Source of the DNA: Monocercomonoides exilis PA203
Lineage: Eukaryota > Protista > Preaxostyla
Reading direction: 5' to 3'
Length of the DNA stretch: 64,000 nucleotides
Assembly: GCA_001643675.2 (NCBI GenBank)
Contig: LSRY02000061.1
Span: forward strand, 1 to 64,000
Shown: piece by piece, positions 22,771 to 36,700 of the stretch
How positions within the stretch are numbered: the stretch's first letter is position 1
Layout of the letters: the number at the start of each line of letters is the position of its first letter
Position numbers and translations under genes: made by a program
The notes under the pieces: model-generated
Seen by the model: only the letters and a program-made list of their open reading frames with translations
The model's database searches: none
Told to the model about the DNA's origin: nothing

Positions 22771-25700
22771 TCAACTTTCTTGTTTTCCATCTATTTTTGA
22801 CTTTTTGACATTTGTATTTTCGCTTTTCGGTTGTTCTAATTGGATTAACTTTTGTTTTACAACAATTGTAGCATGATGATTAATCAAACTGCTATTGAGT
22901 TGATTATCGCACTTCTTTGAAGATGAACTGCTGTAATGAGGAAATGAATTTAATGTCTCATTTCTTGAAATACTCTCTGATAAATTTGAGCTCTGTGTAA
23001 GAAAATTGGATGGTTCTGAATTGTCAGAAGGAATGCACTTTGCTTTTGGATTTTGCTTATTCTCACTTCCATGTTGAGAATCGTCCTCAGTAATTCGAGA
23101 AAAGAGTTTCCCTGAAAAGGTGGGCGGAGATATTGACTCCAGGCAAAAAGGAGATAAAGAAGAAAATGTGGATAATGCAGCAGCAGAAGAAAAGGAAGAG
23201 CATGATATTTTGTTCAATCTGTTTGAAATCTCATTCTCAGGTTGCTCGTGTGAAGGGGAAAGAGAAGGGCTCAGACGCGAGAAAAGCGAATGTCTTTGAA
23301 AAGGCGGGGATGAGCTAAATGAAGAACGGGAGCTTGGGGAAGAAGGAGGCAAGGAAACAGAATCGCTGGAAGATGCATCACTTGATAACGAAGTAAAATG
23401 CGAAAACGTGGAAACTTTTTTTTTAGGCACGGATTTAACATTTTTGTCGCTAACTGACAAATGCGATTTTTGTGGGTTGAAATGCACTGAAGGATAATGC
23501 TGTTTCTGAGAGAGCGCGCTTGGCACTGAGCATTCGGCAAAGTAATTGTAACTCTTTCTCGGCAAGCGCTCTGTAAGTGGTGGTGTCAAAAACAGCAATG
23601 AAGAAGAAGAAGAAGAAGAAGGATACGCCGATTTTGATGCTTCGCAGTAGAATGGGGATGCTGCTGAAGAGTTATCTGCAGTCGTGTAAGAGTCATCTCT
23701 GCTTGAAGGAAGGGAAAAAATTGTTTGACCAGATGAAACAGTCTTTGGCGTTGTTGAGGATGTCTTTGTGATTCGAAGGGTGGGAATCACAACATTTCGG
23801 TTTTTTAAAGAGAAAGCTGGTGGTAAAGAAGAAGATGAAGAAGATGAAGAAGATGAAGAAGAAGAAGAAGAAGAAGATGATGATGATGATAAAGTAAATG
23901 GTGATTTTGATTGTTCAGTAGATATGCCATTTTTACTCAAAGTCGATTTATTTGAAGGAAAAAGAAAAGATTTTGTATGAACTTTATTTCCTTGGTGCTC
24001 GATCGATTTTTCTCCTTCATCAGCTTCTTCGTTGCCTTCATCTTCCTCTTCCTCTTTTGATATCAATTCAAATTGCTTTGTTTGCTTTTCCGAGTCTCTA
24101 CAAGGAGCAACCGAAGAAATAACAAGTGGAGCATTATGAAGAGTTTCAAGAAATTTTGAGCCGACGCCAACTTTATTGAATTTGTGTGATTTTTCTGACT
24201 GTTCGTTTTCAATTTTCATTGTTTGAGTTGGATCAGCACAATTGTGCAGTCCACAGCGAATATCTTTGCTGGTTGGTGTGTCTGATGGAAGAGATGGTGT
24301 GGTAAGAAGAGACTGAATAGGGGATGAGGAATAAGGAGAACTGCCAGTCGAGGAAGTGGAAAATAACGGTTTGGACAAAGTAGAAGAAGAAGCTATAGAA
24401 GAAGCAAAAGAAGCAGAAGAAGCAGAAGAAGCAGAAGAAGTTGATGATGTTTCTGAATTCCTTTGATAGTTGTGCCAATTCTCGTCTTCATCATAAGACT
24501 CGTCTTCGCTTTCAGAAGCATCTGATTCATTTTCACTTCTTCTGTCAATTTGTCTGTTTGATTCAATTGGCCTCTTTTTCATTTTGTGATTTCTAATCTC
24601 ACCAGCAGCAGTGTCTTCAAGTGCATTCATTGGAGGCAGATGCTTTTTGATGTCCATTTCAGAAAGAGGATCAGAAAGTGTCCGATGCAAATGTGATTGT
24701 TGACGCGAAGAGTTTGAGGCTTGAATGGAAGAGGAGATGGAAGATGAAGATGAAGAAGATGAAGAAGTTGATGAAGAAGATGAAGATGAATGTGGTTTTA
24801 GATTGGAATGGAGGAAAATCGGAGATTTCAAAAGCAAAGTTGAGTTGGATGTCAACATTGGTGATGGAGAAGGAGATGAAACAGGTTTTGTTGAAGAAAA
24901 GCGAGGCGAAGCTAAAATGGATGGAGAATCTGGAGATGAGAAATAAGAGGAAGAGGACGAAAGAGTTGGAGATGTTGAGCAATAAATCGATGATGATGAT
25001 GAGGAGGAGGAAGAGGAAGAAGAGGAAGATGATGATGAAGTGGACAGACAAGTTGAATTGAGATTTGGCGAAAGTGCTGCAGGAGCAAAATGATAAGGCT
25101 TTTGAAGCAGTTGTGAAGGAGAAGCGTGAAAATGGTTATTTGTTGTTTTGTTCTCTTTGATCTTTGCAGCTTTTGGTGAATTGTTTGCAGACAATGAATG
25201 AGTATTGAATGAAGCAGAAGTGTATGATAAAGGCATCACAGGAGATAATGAAGGAGATAATGAAGAAGAAGATGACGATGAAATATAAGAAGAGGAGGAT
25301 GATGAAGATGATGAATCATGAAAAGGAACAGACTGATTTGAGCGAAGGAGTACAATGCAAGGCAAACAAGAGGCAGAAGAGGAGTTTGTGCTTCGGAGAG
25401 GAGGGAGAGGATGAGAGTCTGAGGAATGCAACGAAGGAGAGGGAGAGGGAGAAGGAGAAGGAGAAGACAAAGAGGAAGAGGAAGAGGAAGAGGAAGAGGA
25501 AGATGAATGAAAAGATAAAGTGGAATGAGGTGAAGAAGAAGTAGAAGATAACAAACCAGAAGTGCTGTGATCAGAAGTGAGCAATGGATGTGATGGCAGA
25601 AAAGAAGGCGAAACAAATGAGGAAGAAGAAGAATAAGAAGGGGCAGGAGGCGGAGGAGGGGTAGAGACAGGAGCAAGAATTGGAGCAGAATTGCTTGAAT

Positions 25701-28700
25701 GTAGATCAGTTTGTGAGCAATGGAAAGCAACGTTTTCAGAAGGAAGGCTAATTAAAGCAGGAGCTTTTGAAGATGATATGGGAAAGAGGGGGGGAGGAGT
25801 AAGAGTTAGAGAATAAGGAAGAGGAGGTTGATTGGAAAGGACAAGAGGATCGCGATTGAGAGAAGGAAGATCTGCTTCAGTCAGCTTCAATTCAGACAGT
25901 GTGGAACTATACGAAGAAGAAGAAGAAGAGGTGGTGGAGGATGTGGAGGAGGAAGGAAAAGGCAAAGCAAAGCTGATATCGACTGTGCTTATTTTCTGAT
26001 TGCTTTGAGGTTCACTGTGAGTTCCATTGGTGTTTATGCTTCCTCTTTCTTTTATTGCTCCCTTCTTTCTCTCACAAACATTTCCCTGTTCTTTCAAACA
26101 TCCTCCTTTTTTGTCTTTCTGTGCAATTATCCTCCTGTTTCCGCTCTTCTTCTTCTTCTTCTTCGGACTTGGCGAAGAATCACTGAAACTGCAGCTGCTG
26201 CTTCTGTCCTTCAGATTTGTATGAGAAGAGGGTGAAAGCGAAGCAAATGTGACCCGTTTGCTTGGCGGTTGCTTTTGGATGGTTCTGAATGTGGAAGAAG
26301 GAGAATGGGAGGAAGAGGCTTTGGTTGAAGAAGAAGAAGAAGATGATGATAACTTTTGTGTTGAAGAACTTTTCTTGAATATGTTTGATTCATTAGTTTT
26401 TTTATTGGTTGTTTGCTTCAATGTTGATGTTTGCTTAGTTGGAGTTGACTGTTCATTTTGTTTCGCTTTCTCTTTTTTAGTTTCTTCTTCCACTTCTTCT
26501 TCCTCCTCTTCCTCCTCTTCCTCAATCACTTCAGTTGCAGCTTCACTTCCATTTTCGACAAGTTTCAAATCGTCTTCTTTTTCTTTCTCCTCAGTTGCTT
26601 CAACCTCCACCACTGTAACTTTTTCCTCTTCTTCTTCTTCCCCCTCTTCTTCTTCGCATTCATCTTCTTCTGCTATTTTGTCTTCTTCTTTCTCTTTCTC
26701 CTCCTTTTCCTTCTCCTCTTTCACATTCTTCTTCCTCTTCTTTCTCTTTGACATCTTCAGAAACTGCCTGTTCCTCCTCTTTCTCTTCGCCTCGTCCTGT
26801 TTCGTTCTTTCTCTCTCCATCTCTTCCTTCTCGCTCTTCTTCTTCGCATTCTCTCTTCTCTGCCTCGTCAGCCTCGTTTCCGCTGCAAAGAACAAAGAAG
26901 CCGGAAGAACATAGTTTTCTGGGTCTGGAAATGAATCAGAAGGGAAAATGCGGATGAAATCGCCCATGTGTGTCTCTTCCCACTCTAACAGAGGGATTTT
27001 TGTGTAAAATGGATGTTTGGGGGAAGAGGAGGAGGAGGAAGAAGAAGGAGAGGAAGAGGAAGAAGGGAAAGAGGAAGAAGAGGAAGAGGAAGCATATGAC
27101 TGAGAAGGAGAAGAAGGAGAAGAAGGTGATGCTGATGTGTTGAGGGAATAAAAGAAGGGGATTGTGGAAGCAAATGTTGAAGTGTTAGTTTGTGGAACAG
27201 CTTGTTTTGGATGAAAAGCAGAAGAAGAATGTGAAGTGGAAGAGGAGGAGGAAGAGGAAGAAGAAGAAGAGGATGAAGTGAAAGGAGGGTGATGTGAAGA
27301 TGACAGAAAAGGAGATGTTTGTATGTTTTGTGCTGTTAGGTGAGGAATCGTGCGATTGGTAGATGGAGATGAATGTGTTGATGAATGTGGAGATAAATCA
27401 GAAGAAGGTGTGTTTGAAGGAGAAAGTGGAAGTGAAGCAGAAGAAGAGGATGAAGAAGAAGAAGAAGAAGAAGAAGAAGATGATGATGAAAAGGTTTCAA
27501 TAGAATTGGAAGAAGAAGGAGACAGAGAGGAAGGAGGAAGTAGTACTGGAAGTTCAACATTTAATGAGGATGAAGATATCAGTGAAGAAGAAGAAGAAGA
27601 AGAAGAAGATTTTGCAGAAGAAGACAATGACGTGTGCTGAGAAGGTTTATAAACAGGAGGCAAAGACGGAGAAGATGCTGATGACAAGCTATGTGTTTGT
27701 GTGTGATTGAGAAAAGAAAGTGTTTTTCGAGATTTCGATGGAGATAAAGAAACTGAATGAGGAAGGCGAGGATGTTGATTCTTTGGTGAAGAAGAAGAAG
27801 AATTAGAGAAAGAAGAAGAAGAAGAAGAAGAAGCAAAAAACGATGATGATGCTGATGATGATGATGAAGCTGTGTTTGAAGCAGAATTCTGACTTGAGGC
27901 AACTGGATGGACAACCGTTGCAGTTGCTGCATTGAAAGAAGGCACAGCCACAGCAGGTGGAGACGAATAGCAGTTCTCACCAACATCACCCGGATGCCAA
28001 ACAGATGAAATGGCTGCCTCATTCAGCAGACTGGTGAAGGAAGGGAAGGGAAGGGAAGGAGCGTTAAGGGGTGATACGGAAGAAGAAGAGGAAGAAGAAG
28101 AGGAAGATGATGATGATGAAACGCTTGCCATATTTGAAGACGATGATACAGATGACCCAGTTGATGCCAAGTTTGTTGAAGATACAGTTCTCGCGTTTCC
28201 TCCTCCTTTTTCACCACCTTTATCCCCACCACTGCTGTTGCTGTTGCTGCTGCTATTTTTCACTGCAATGCTTGTTCCGTGTGGCCTCAGCAGTCTCTTC
28301 CAGTGCTGGTCCTTCTCGTTCTTCATCCCAATCGCCCTGTTCAGCAGCGACACGCCAACCAGCCGGAGCGAGTCGGCAATCACTCGAAATTTCACTTCGT
28401 AGTCCAACGGAGATTCTGTGGCGAATGAAGGCGAATGATTCACCTCCAGCACATGCGGGTGCAGGCGATCATCGAGAATCACATCAAACCCCAACAGCTC
28501 GAAGCACTGCGACTGCCTGCCCACAGAGCTGTCGCCGCGGAAGCAGAAGGAATAGCTTTGAAGCAGAAACTCAGCAATGGGGAGGATCGTCTTCACACAG
28601 CACTGCCCAATCTCCTCCCACAGCTTGTCTGTGTCGCAGTGCTCCTTCTCTCGTAGGTGCTTGATCAGCGCCCGGTGGCTCCACTTGCTCTCTCCCCCGC

Positions 28701-29706
28701 CTTCTGAGTCGGTCGATTCGTTCTGCACAAATTCTTTGTTTCGTCTGTTCACTGCATAGTTCGTGAGATGCATGAATGAATGAGCCAAGTTCTCTTCAGA
28801 AGGAGGATTATATTTCTCAGTTGAAAAACGGACAATGCCTAGTTTATGGAGAAAGACACGCAAAGGCATACAACTTGTGACGAGAACGTACACTCGTATG
28901 TCATATTTAAGTCCGTGAATTAAATGGGGATGCAATAAATAGCGTTGGACAACACAATCTTCAGAAGGAGAAAGCATTTCGGGCTTTTGGGTCAAAAAAA
29001 TTCCTTTTCCTTGGCAACTTGCATCAGGCTTGACAATATATGTTCGCTCTTTCAATTTTGATAAATGATAATCTTGAAGCTCATTAAAACTACAACGTTG
29101 AATTTCAGTGAATAAACCAAATTTAAAAAAAAAATAAACATTAAACGTTTAAATAAAGACAAACTCGTGTGGGAGCACCCATGTTCTTGGAATAAATTTG
29201 TACTCATTTGGAAAGCGTTTCTTCATTTGATTCATATTTCTTGCCAAACAATCTTTTCTTGTTATCTCACACATTCCCGGAAAATGATTTATCTTCTGAA
29301 AACTTCTCAATCTCTTCACCCTATCAGCAGTAACAGATGTATCAGTCCAAAACAAATCCCATTCTTTTTCATCAGATACCTCCAACCAATGAAATTCTCT
29401 GAGGATTTCTCGAAGAACTTGATATTGGCAACCTTTTAAAAAGGCAAGTTCCAAAGCACAATCATGTAAGTTAGCTCTTAAAATTATATTAATAATAAAT
29501 ACATGTAAGATTAACTTGAATTATAGGCTCAATTCTCGATTTTTGTGAATGTTCCTGAAAAAAGATAATTATCATTTATTTAATTTGAAAGAGAAAAATG
29601 TTTCATTTTATAGTTAAAAAAATCATCACTAGTTTTAATTCAAAATAATTTACATTATTACCTGGGCGCGAAGCTCCTGGTCCACGTCAACGCTAGAAGA
29701 AGTCAT
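22771..29706 (-). CDS. TTLL: Tubulin-tyrosine ligase-like polyglutamylase (TTLL6/13-like) with very long Ser/Glu-rich extensions; exons 29706-29662, 29554-29503, 29432-29165, 29089-22771
   Basis: Spliced protein MTSSSVDVDQELRAQEHSQKSRIEPIIQVNLTCCQYQVLRE..WDLFWTD..QKINHFPGMCEITRKDCLARN..PRTWVLPHDF..YIVKPDASCQGKGI..KYDIRVYVLVTS..MHLTNYAVN..CFELLGFDVILD..LEVNHSPSF. Three GT-AG introns keep the frame. Confidence 0.92.
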
Positions 29707-30703
29707 TCATTTATAAATGAAATTTATTTTGGGTTGTTTTATCTTTTTTATTTCATAAGCTCTTTCATGTTTGAATATGTTTGCTCTTTCATTCAGGCTT
29801 GCGTTGTCATTTTGTTTTTGATTATCCAATAGCAATGCCGTTCTTATTTAAATTTGAAGAGATTCTAATATTTTTGAAAAATTCACAAAAATATGCAATT
29901 ATCAAAAATTAATCATAAATTATATGAAATTTAATTAAAAAACAAATTGGAAAATAAAATTGTTAATAAAATATATTTTTTTTATTGGAATGGATGAAAA
30001 TATTTTGTTGAGAATGATAAACCTTTTTTCCCTTTGGCTTTTGAACAGGGAAAAAAAAATGAAAGAAAGAAAAAGAAAAAAAAAGTAAAGAAAATGCAGA
30101 TTCTGAGGTTTTAAAAAGATTCGAAAGAAGCAAATTCATGTTTTGAATGGGGTTTGAATTTATCATCGCTAAAACGTTCTCAATTGTTTTTCAGTTTATT
30201 ATTGCCTGCTTGGTTTCAACTTAAATAACACAATTTATTGAAAAAATTTGGTAAATATTTTAACATTCACTAAAATATTTCCTTTTTGAAAAAAATTTCA
30301 TTTATCACAAAAATAGAACACAATTATCAATTCACAAATAATTGAATCATCATAATAAAGACAGAATGGCTTCAATATATACCGATTTCAATGTAAAATT
30401 ATTTTGATATTAAATCGTTTTTTCTACAAACATATTTTGTTAATTTTTTTTTTAAAAATTTAAAAGTTTTATCACTTCTGATTTTTTTGAAAGTGTTGCA
30501 AAAGTGCTTTATTCATTTCCCAGATGTTAATATTGAAGAATTTAAAAAATTTCAAAATAGCAATTTCTTCATGGACAAATCAATGAAAAGGTAACTAACC
30601 GAAGTATGATCAAACATACCATTACTTAAGCACTTTCATCTCAAAATACATTTTCAAGAATTATTTCGTAATAAGAACATATTAATCATTTATAAAATAT
30701 AAA

Positions 30704-33700
30704 ATGAATGGAAGAGGTGCTGCAAGTACTTCTAAAGAAGTACTATGTCCGATCTGCATGGGGAAGATGGATCGGAGTGATTTAGCATTTTTCCCATGTC
30801 CTTGTGGCTTTCAATTGTGCTTGTTTTGTTACAACAAAATAGTTGCACAATATCAAAACGCATGCCCAGGATGCCGAAAGACTTACATTGAAAGTAACAT
30901 TCGTTATGCTGGAAAACATAAGTATGAAAAAATTAAAAATTGTTTTGTTTGATAATTTTTGCAAACCGAAAATTTCTTTTCACAAGGAGCAATGATGAAA
31001 AAAAAGAAAAAATTAGATCTCGTGAACTTTCTGAATCCAATCTTCCGATCACGGCCGATTTAATTGGAGTTCATGTCTTACAAAGAAATTTGGTTTATGT
31101 AGCAGGATTGCCTTCATCCATTTGCAATGAAGAGGTTTTCTAACTCTTGATCATTGTCTTTTTACAATATTTTTTCCCATCAACTTTTTTTTTGAATAGA
31201 TTTTAAGGAATCGCTTGTTTTTTGGCCAATTTGGTAAAGTGATAACTGTTGATGTTAACAATAATGTTTCTCATCCTCAATATAGAGGAACAAGTGTAGT
31301 ATATATTGGATATAGAAAAGAATCAGAAGCAGAAGCTGCAATTGCAGCAATTGATGGAAAGACATATGGAAGTATTGTACTTGAGTATGTGGGGAAAACT
31401 GTTTATAAGTGAATTTTACTTTTCATTTTTTAATTAATCATTTTTCTTTATGACAAAATCATTTTATTTCTGATAATTATTTCAATCATGATGATATATT
31501 CATTGGATCGTTCCATTTCAAAATTCAAAAATTTATTGTTTGAACAGCGCTATGTTTGGTACTAATCGTTATTGTCCGCAAGTGTTGAAGGGATTAAAAT
31601 GTAAGCGCCCAAACTGCTCGTTCATCCACAAAAGAGATCTTGAAGGAGAGATTTTGGAGAAGAAGATCCAAGAGAAAGAGAGGAAGAAGGAAAACAGCAC
31701 GCGAGACGGAGAAAAGAGAAAAGACAGAGATAGAGAAAGTGGAAGATGGCTTGACACGAACGATTTGAGGGAGGTGATACAAGACACGCTTAAGGATATT
31801 ATTAAAATGAGGAAGAAGAAAGAAAAGAAGCTTGAAAAAGTGGAAGAAGAAGTGCATACAGCACAGTCACTTTTCTACACTCTTCAGGATTTGCACGACG
31901 ACGATCTGGATGCTTCTTCATCTTCCTCTTCAAAGTCATCATCCTCAAAGACTCGCTCATCCGCCTCTGATTCAGCTACTGGTGGCTTGGGAACTGCTCT
32001 TCATCTGATGCACAGATCATCTTCGTCCACGCACCAGCCTGCACCCTTTCCCGTGGGTGATTCTCTGATTAAGTCGTTTCCCACACATTTTCAGGGAACT
32101 GCCAGCATTCCAGCCAGTTTAGCGTCTCCTCGTACATCTGCTACTGCTTCCACGAGACATTCACAATCACCTGGCCCTTCTTCTTCTTCTTCCACTTCTT
32201 CATCTCCTTCTTCACATTCTCCTTTGCCTGTCAACACATCTTCTCTTCTATCTAACCCTCCAACTTCAACTATTCCCATCGCACTTCCACTTCACTCTCA
32301 TTCACAATCTCCATCACCATCTTCTTTGTCTTCCTCTCTTTCTCCTTCTGCTTCTGCTTCTGCTTCTCAACCAAACACACTCCCCTCTCCTCATCTGCAC
32401 TCTCCATCACCTTCTGCATATTCTTCATCCAACAAGCAATCTACCAATCAGTCTGTATACAAACCTAATCCACAACTTTCCTATCAATCCAATCAAACAT
32501 TCACTCCATCTGCATCTTCAGAAAGAGCACAGAAACCGAATTATTCATATTCCAGCCTTTTCCCTTCATATTCCCCACAGCCTATTCAACCAGCTAATTC
32601 TACTGTGCAATCGAATATTAAACAACAGAGTGCAAATTCAAATACTTCTGTTAGTTATTCTTCAAATGACTCAACAAAACAAAATGCATCTACAAACCAG
32701 TCGAATGAAAAAGTGAATGAAAAAACGAATGAGAAACAGAATGAAAAGAGCAATTCTCAACCTTCTAAACGAAAGAAAGAGAAAGCAAACGCTCAAAACT
32801 TTGTTTGGACACCTTCAAGTTCTTCTTCTTCCTCTTCTTCCTCTTCCTCTTCAGCATCTGCATCATCATCAGCATCTTCAACAACATCAACAACGCAACC
32901 AACAACTTTTTCATCAGCCTCTTCATCAGAAGCAAAGACATCAGCACCTTCTGCTTCTATTTTTTCATCTTCTGTTTATATACCAAATCAGAAAGCAGTT
33001 AAGAATGAACCAAACTGGAAGTCTTCTCAAGCAGTTAATTCAACAAGCACATCAACAGATTACAATAATACCACGTCTCGTGTTCAGCAGAATGGATCGA
33101 ACTGGCAGAGGAAGAAACAAGCTGAAGGATTTGCCTCAAATGCCTTTAATTCAGGTGCAACTGCTGACTGTAGCACAACTTATTCCAAACAATACAACGA
33201 TAAATCCACAAATATATCATTCCCATCTCAAACCGTACGGCAAAGCTCTGTTTACTCTTCTGATGCATCTGATAAGAAAAGCGAAGTTTTTACGCAGGAA
33301 GTTGTGAGTGAAGGTCAATCATGGGCGAAAGTGGTAAGATCTTCGAATGATCCATCAAAGAAGTCAACTTCATCATCATCGATGAAGCCGTCGAAGAGGA
33401 AGTCGTTCAGAGACATCGACTGGGCGAATACGTCGTGGGCAGACATTGAGTTTGATGAGTATGATGACTGGGGGGAGACACCAGATAATGAGTCTGCGTG
33501 TGAAGAGGAGGAGGAAATAGAAGAGAAGGAAAAGGAGAAGGAAAAGGAAGTCAATGAGAATAAAGAGAAGGATGAAGGTGAGAGGGAGAAGCTGAAAATT
33601 GAAGGAGAAAAGAAAGATCAGAAAGAAAGAGAAGCAAAAGAACAGAATCAAATGCAACAGTCAGTTTCCACTGATAATACAACATTTTCTTACAATTCAT

Positions 33701-36700
33701 CTTCATCAGCCAAAAACAAGAGAGAAGAAAAAGAAGAGGCACAGCGTGGGTTTTATGCTGACTTGGACTCAGAAGAAGATTCACTTGACGAATTCAAAGG
33801 AAAAAGCACAAGTAAAGCAGAAAGTGGAAGTCATAATGATTGGGCATTTGAGAAAGCCAAGACGAACAAGAAGCAGAATCAGTCAAATAATCAGACACAT
33901 TTCTCGAACAGAATGGAAACTGTTCAAAATTCAACTCAAAATGCTGGGCAAACATTTACTGCACAAACACAAGTGACAAAACAGTCTCAATGGAAGAAAG
34001 ATGCAGCTGCATCATATTCAACTAATGCTTCTGCTGCTGCTAATCAGAATCCATACAGCTATTCTTCATCATATGCACAGTCTGCTATGAGTGATCAGAA
34101 TAAGACAAGCCAATGGAATCAACAAAATACTCAACAAAAACAACAACAGCAACTGCCTCAGCAACAAAGCAATGAAATAACCAACAAACAACAACAACAT
34201 GACCAATTTTCTTATAAACAGCCATCACAACCAAATCAGATGCAAAATCCACCATTGCTGCAGCAACCTCCCCTGATTCAGTTGTCTATTCCTTCTCTTC
34301 TTCAATCAGCTGGAGCTCAACAAACAACAGCATCCAATGGATATGCTGCTGCACCATCATCATATCAGTACAAGTCTGAAGCAGTGCATTCATACACTCC
34401 TTTTGAACAACAACAACAGCAGCAGCAGCAACAGCAGATTCAACAACAACAACAACAACAACAATATCAACAACAGCAACAGCAACAGCAACAGTATTTA
34501 CAAGCACAACAAATACAACAGATTCAACAACTGCAACAATTACAGCAGCTACAGATGATACAACAGATAGCCTTTCTCCAACAACAGCAGCAGCAACAAC
34601 AACAGATACTTCCTCAACCATCTCCTGTTCTCCCAACACTTCCTCTTCTCATGCCTCCTTTACTCTCTCTTCCTCAACAGCAGCAGCAACAACAAACACA
34701 ACCCCAGCTTCAGTCTCAAATGCAACCACAGATACAACAACCACAATTACAACCACAGCAACAACAGCCTCAAATCCAGTTTCCTCAACAAACTTTGCCT
34801 TCTGTTGATCCATCTGCACAGACACAGCTGCTGGTACAGGCACTCTTGCAATGCCTTGTTGCACCGTCAGCACAGCCTTCTCCTTCTCCTCTTCCTCTTC
34901 CTCTTTCTCAGACAACAACAACATCTGCTTCATCTTCTGCTTCTGCTTCTTCTGATTCAACTCAACCTCAGACGCTTTCTTCTCTTCCGGTGACAAGTTC
35001 TTCAGGAAACACAAGCTATGCTACAAATCCAATGTATTCACAAGCATTGCAACACCAACCACAACAGCATCAGCAATTGAATACCCTTCCAACAAACATA
35101 ACACAGCCACCTACAACTCCACAGGATATACAGACACAAGTGATGGAAGTGCTGCAAACTCTGCCTCTGGTTCTCCATCAGCCATTTATCATTCCTCAGC
35201 AGACAACAACAGCAGCTGCAGGAACAACAACAACAAATACAGATAACTTGACAACTCAAATGGCTGCTTCTTCTATTGCTCCTTCTTCTGCTTCTGCTGC
35301 AACAGTTCAACCACAATCTCAAACAGGATTGCCACAAAGTTTGAACTCTGAGGCTGTTAATGCAACTTCCATTGAAACTGCTGCTCCATTGTCTGAACAG
35401 AATGTTTATGAAGGACAAACATCATTTGGTTCCTCATCATCTACAGAAAACAAGGAGATTTCAATGAGAAAATTGACTGAACGTTCAACTCAGCCATCTG
35501 TTGAAGCAAGAAAGAATGTTACTGCTGCTACTGCTGCTGTTAATATTCCTCAGCAATCTTCTTCTTCTCGAAAAGCGATGTCTCAAAGAGGAGGAAGACA
35601 AACAATAAATTCATATTCTTCTTCCTCCTCTTCCTCTTCTGTTGCTGCTTCTTCTTCATTAGATACCTCTCTTTCTTCAAAGCAACCAGCAATTGAAGAT
35701 TCACAAAATTCACAAATGAAAGAGGAAGAACAGATAAACAATCAACAGCCTTCTAACAAAACATCAGTTGGTTATGCAACAAATGCTACTGAAGTAAAAA
35801 AGAAGAGGAAGAAGAACAAAAAGAATAGCATAATGTTTTATTCATCGAACGCGGAGAAAGACAATTCTCAACAAATTGCTAGTCAAAACATTGAAACAGA
35901 AAGCAGAAAAGATTTGAATACAAAACAAACTCCTACTACAACTGTGTTTGCATCATCCTCTTATTCTTCATTCTCTCATTCTCCTTCTCCTTCTCCATCA
36001 TCATTGTCATCATCATCTTCTCCTTCTTCATCTCAAATAACAACTTCTTCAACCACAGCAACATCTCCTTCACCAAAGCCAGCAATCACCACAACTTCAA
36101 AGCCATCTAACTCTCTACTTTCAACACCTCCTATCCAATTGAACAAACAAGATTGCCTCTACAAACCATCCATATCATCTTCACCTGCTTCTTCACCAGC
36201 ACCATTAACTTCAACTGTAACTTCTTCTTCCTCCTCTTACACAAATAAACAATCTTTCAAATCTTCTTCTTCTTCCTCCTCCTCTTCTCTTCTTCCAACA
36301 GACACAGCCACTCCATTTGGCTCTTCTCCTGCTCAATCAACTTCTCCTCTTCTTCCTTCCAACTCATCCAACTCTTATTCACACAGCCAGATGAATCAAA
36401 GAAGCAATGTGAAATATCCATCACAACAAAGTCAACAGATTACATCAAAGACATCTGCTTTGTCTGCTTATCCTTCTTCTTCTTCAAATTCTGTTTATTC
36501 ACCAGCAACAACATCCACAACATCTGCTCCTCTTTCTTCAAACACTCCTTCGTCCATATCTCTTTCTCAGCCTCTTTTACCCTCTGCACAATTGACACAT
36601 CAACCACAAATGAAGACACAGACGAAACATCAGAAGAAAGGAATATTACAAAACCAGACTCAAATTCAGACACAGATTCCATCTCAGATACAACCACAAC

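Noticed and set aside
23133-28759. Poly-E/K plus-strand ORFs over TTLL, and similar ones opposite NOT4 and RasGEF
   Set aside because: Reverse-complement read-outs of poly-Ser codon tracts; no independent evidence of coding.
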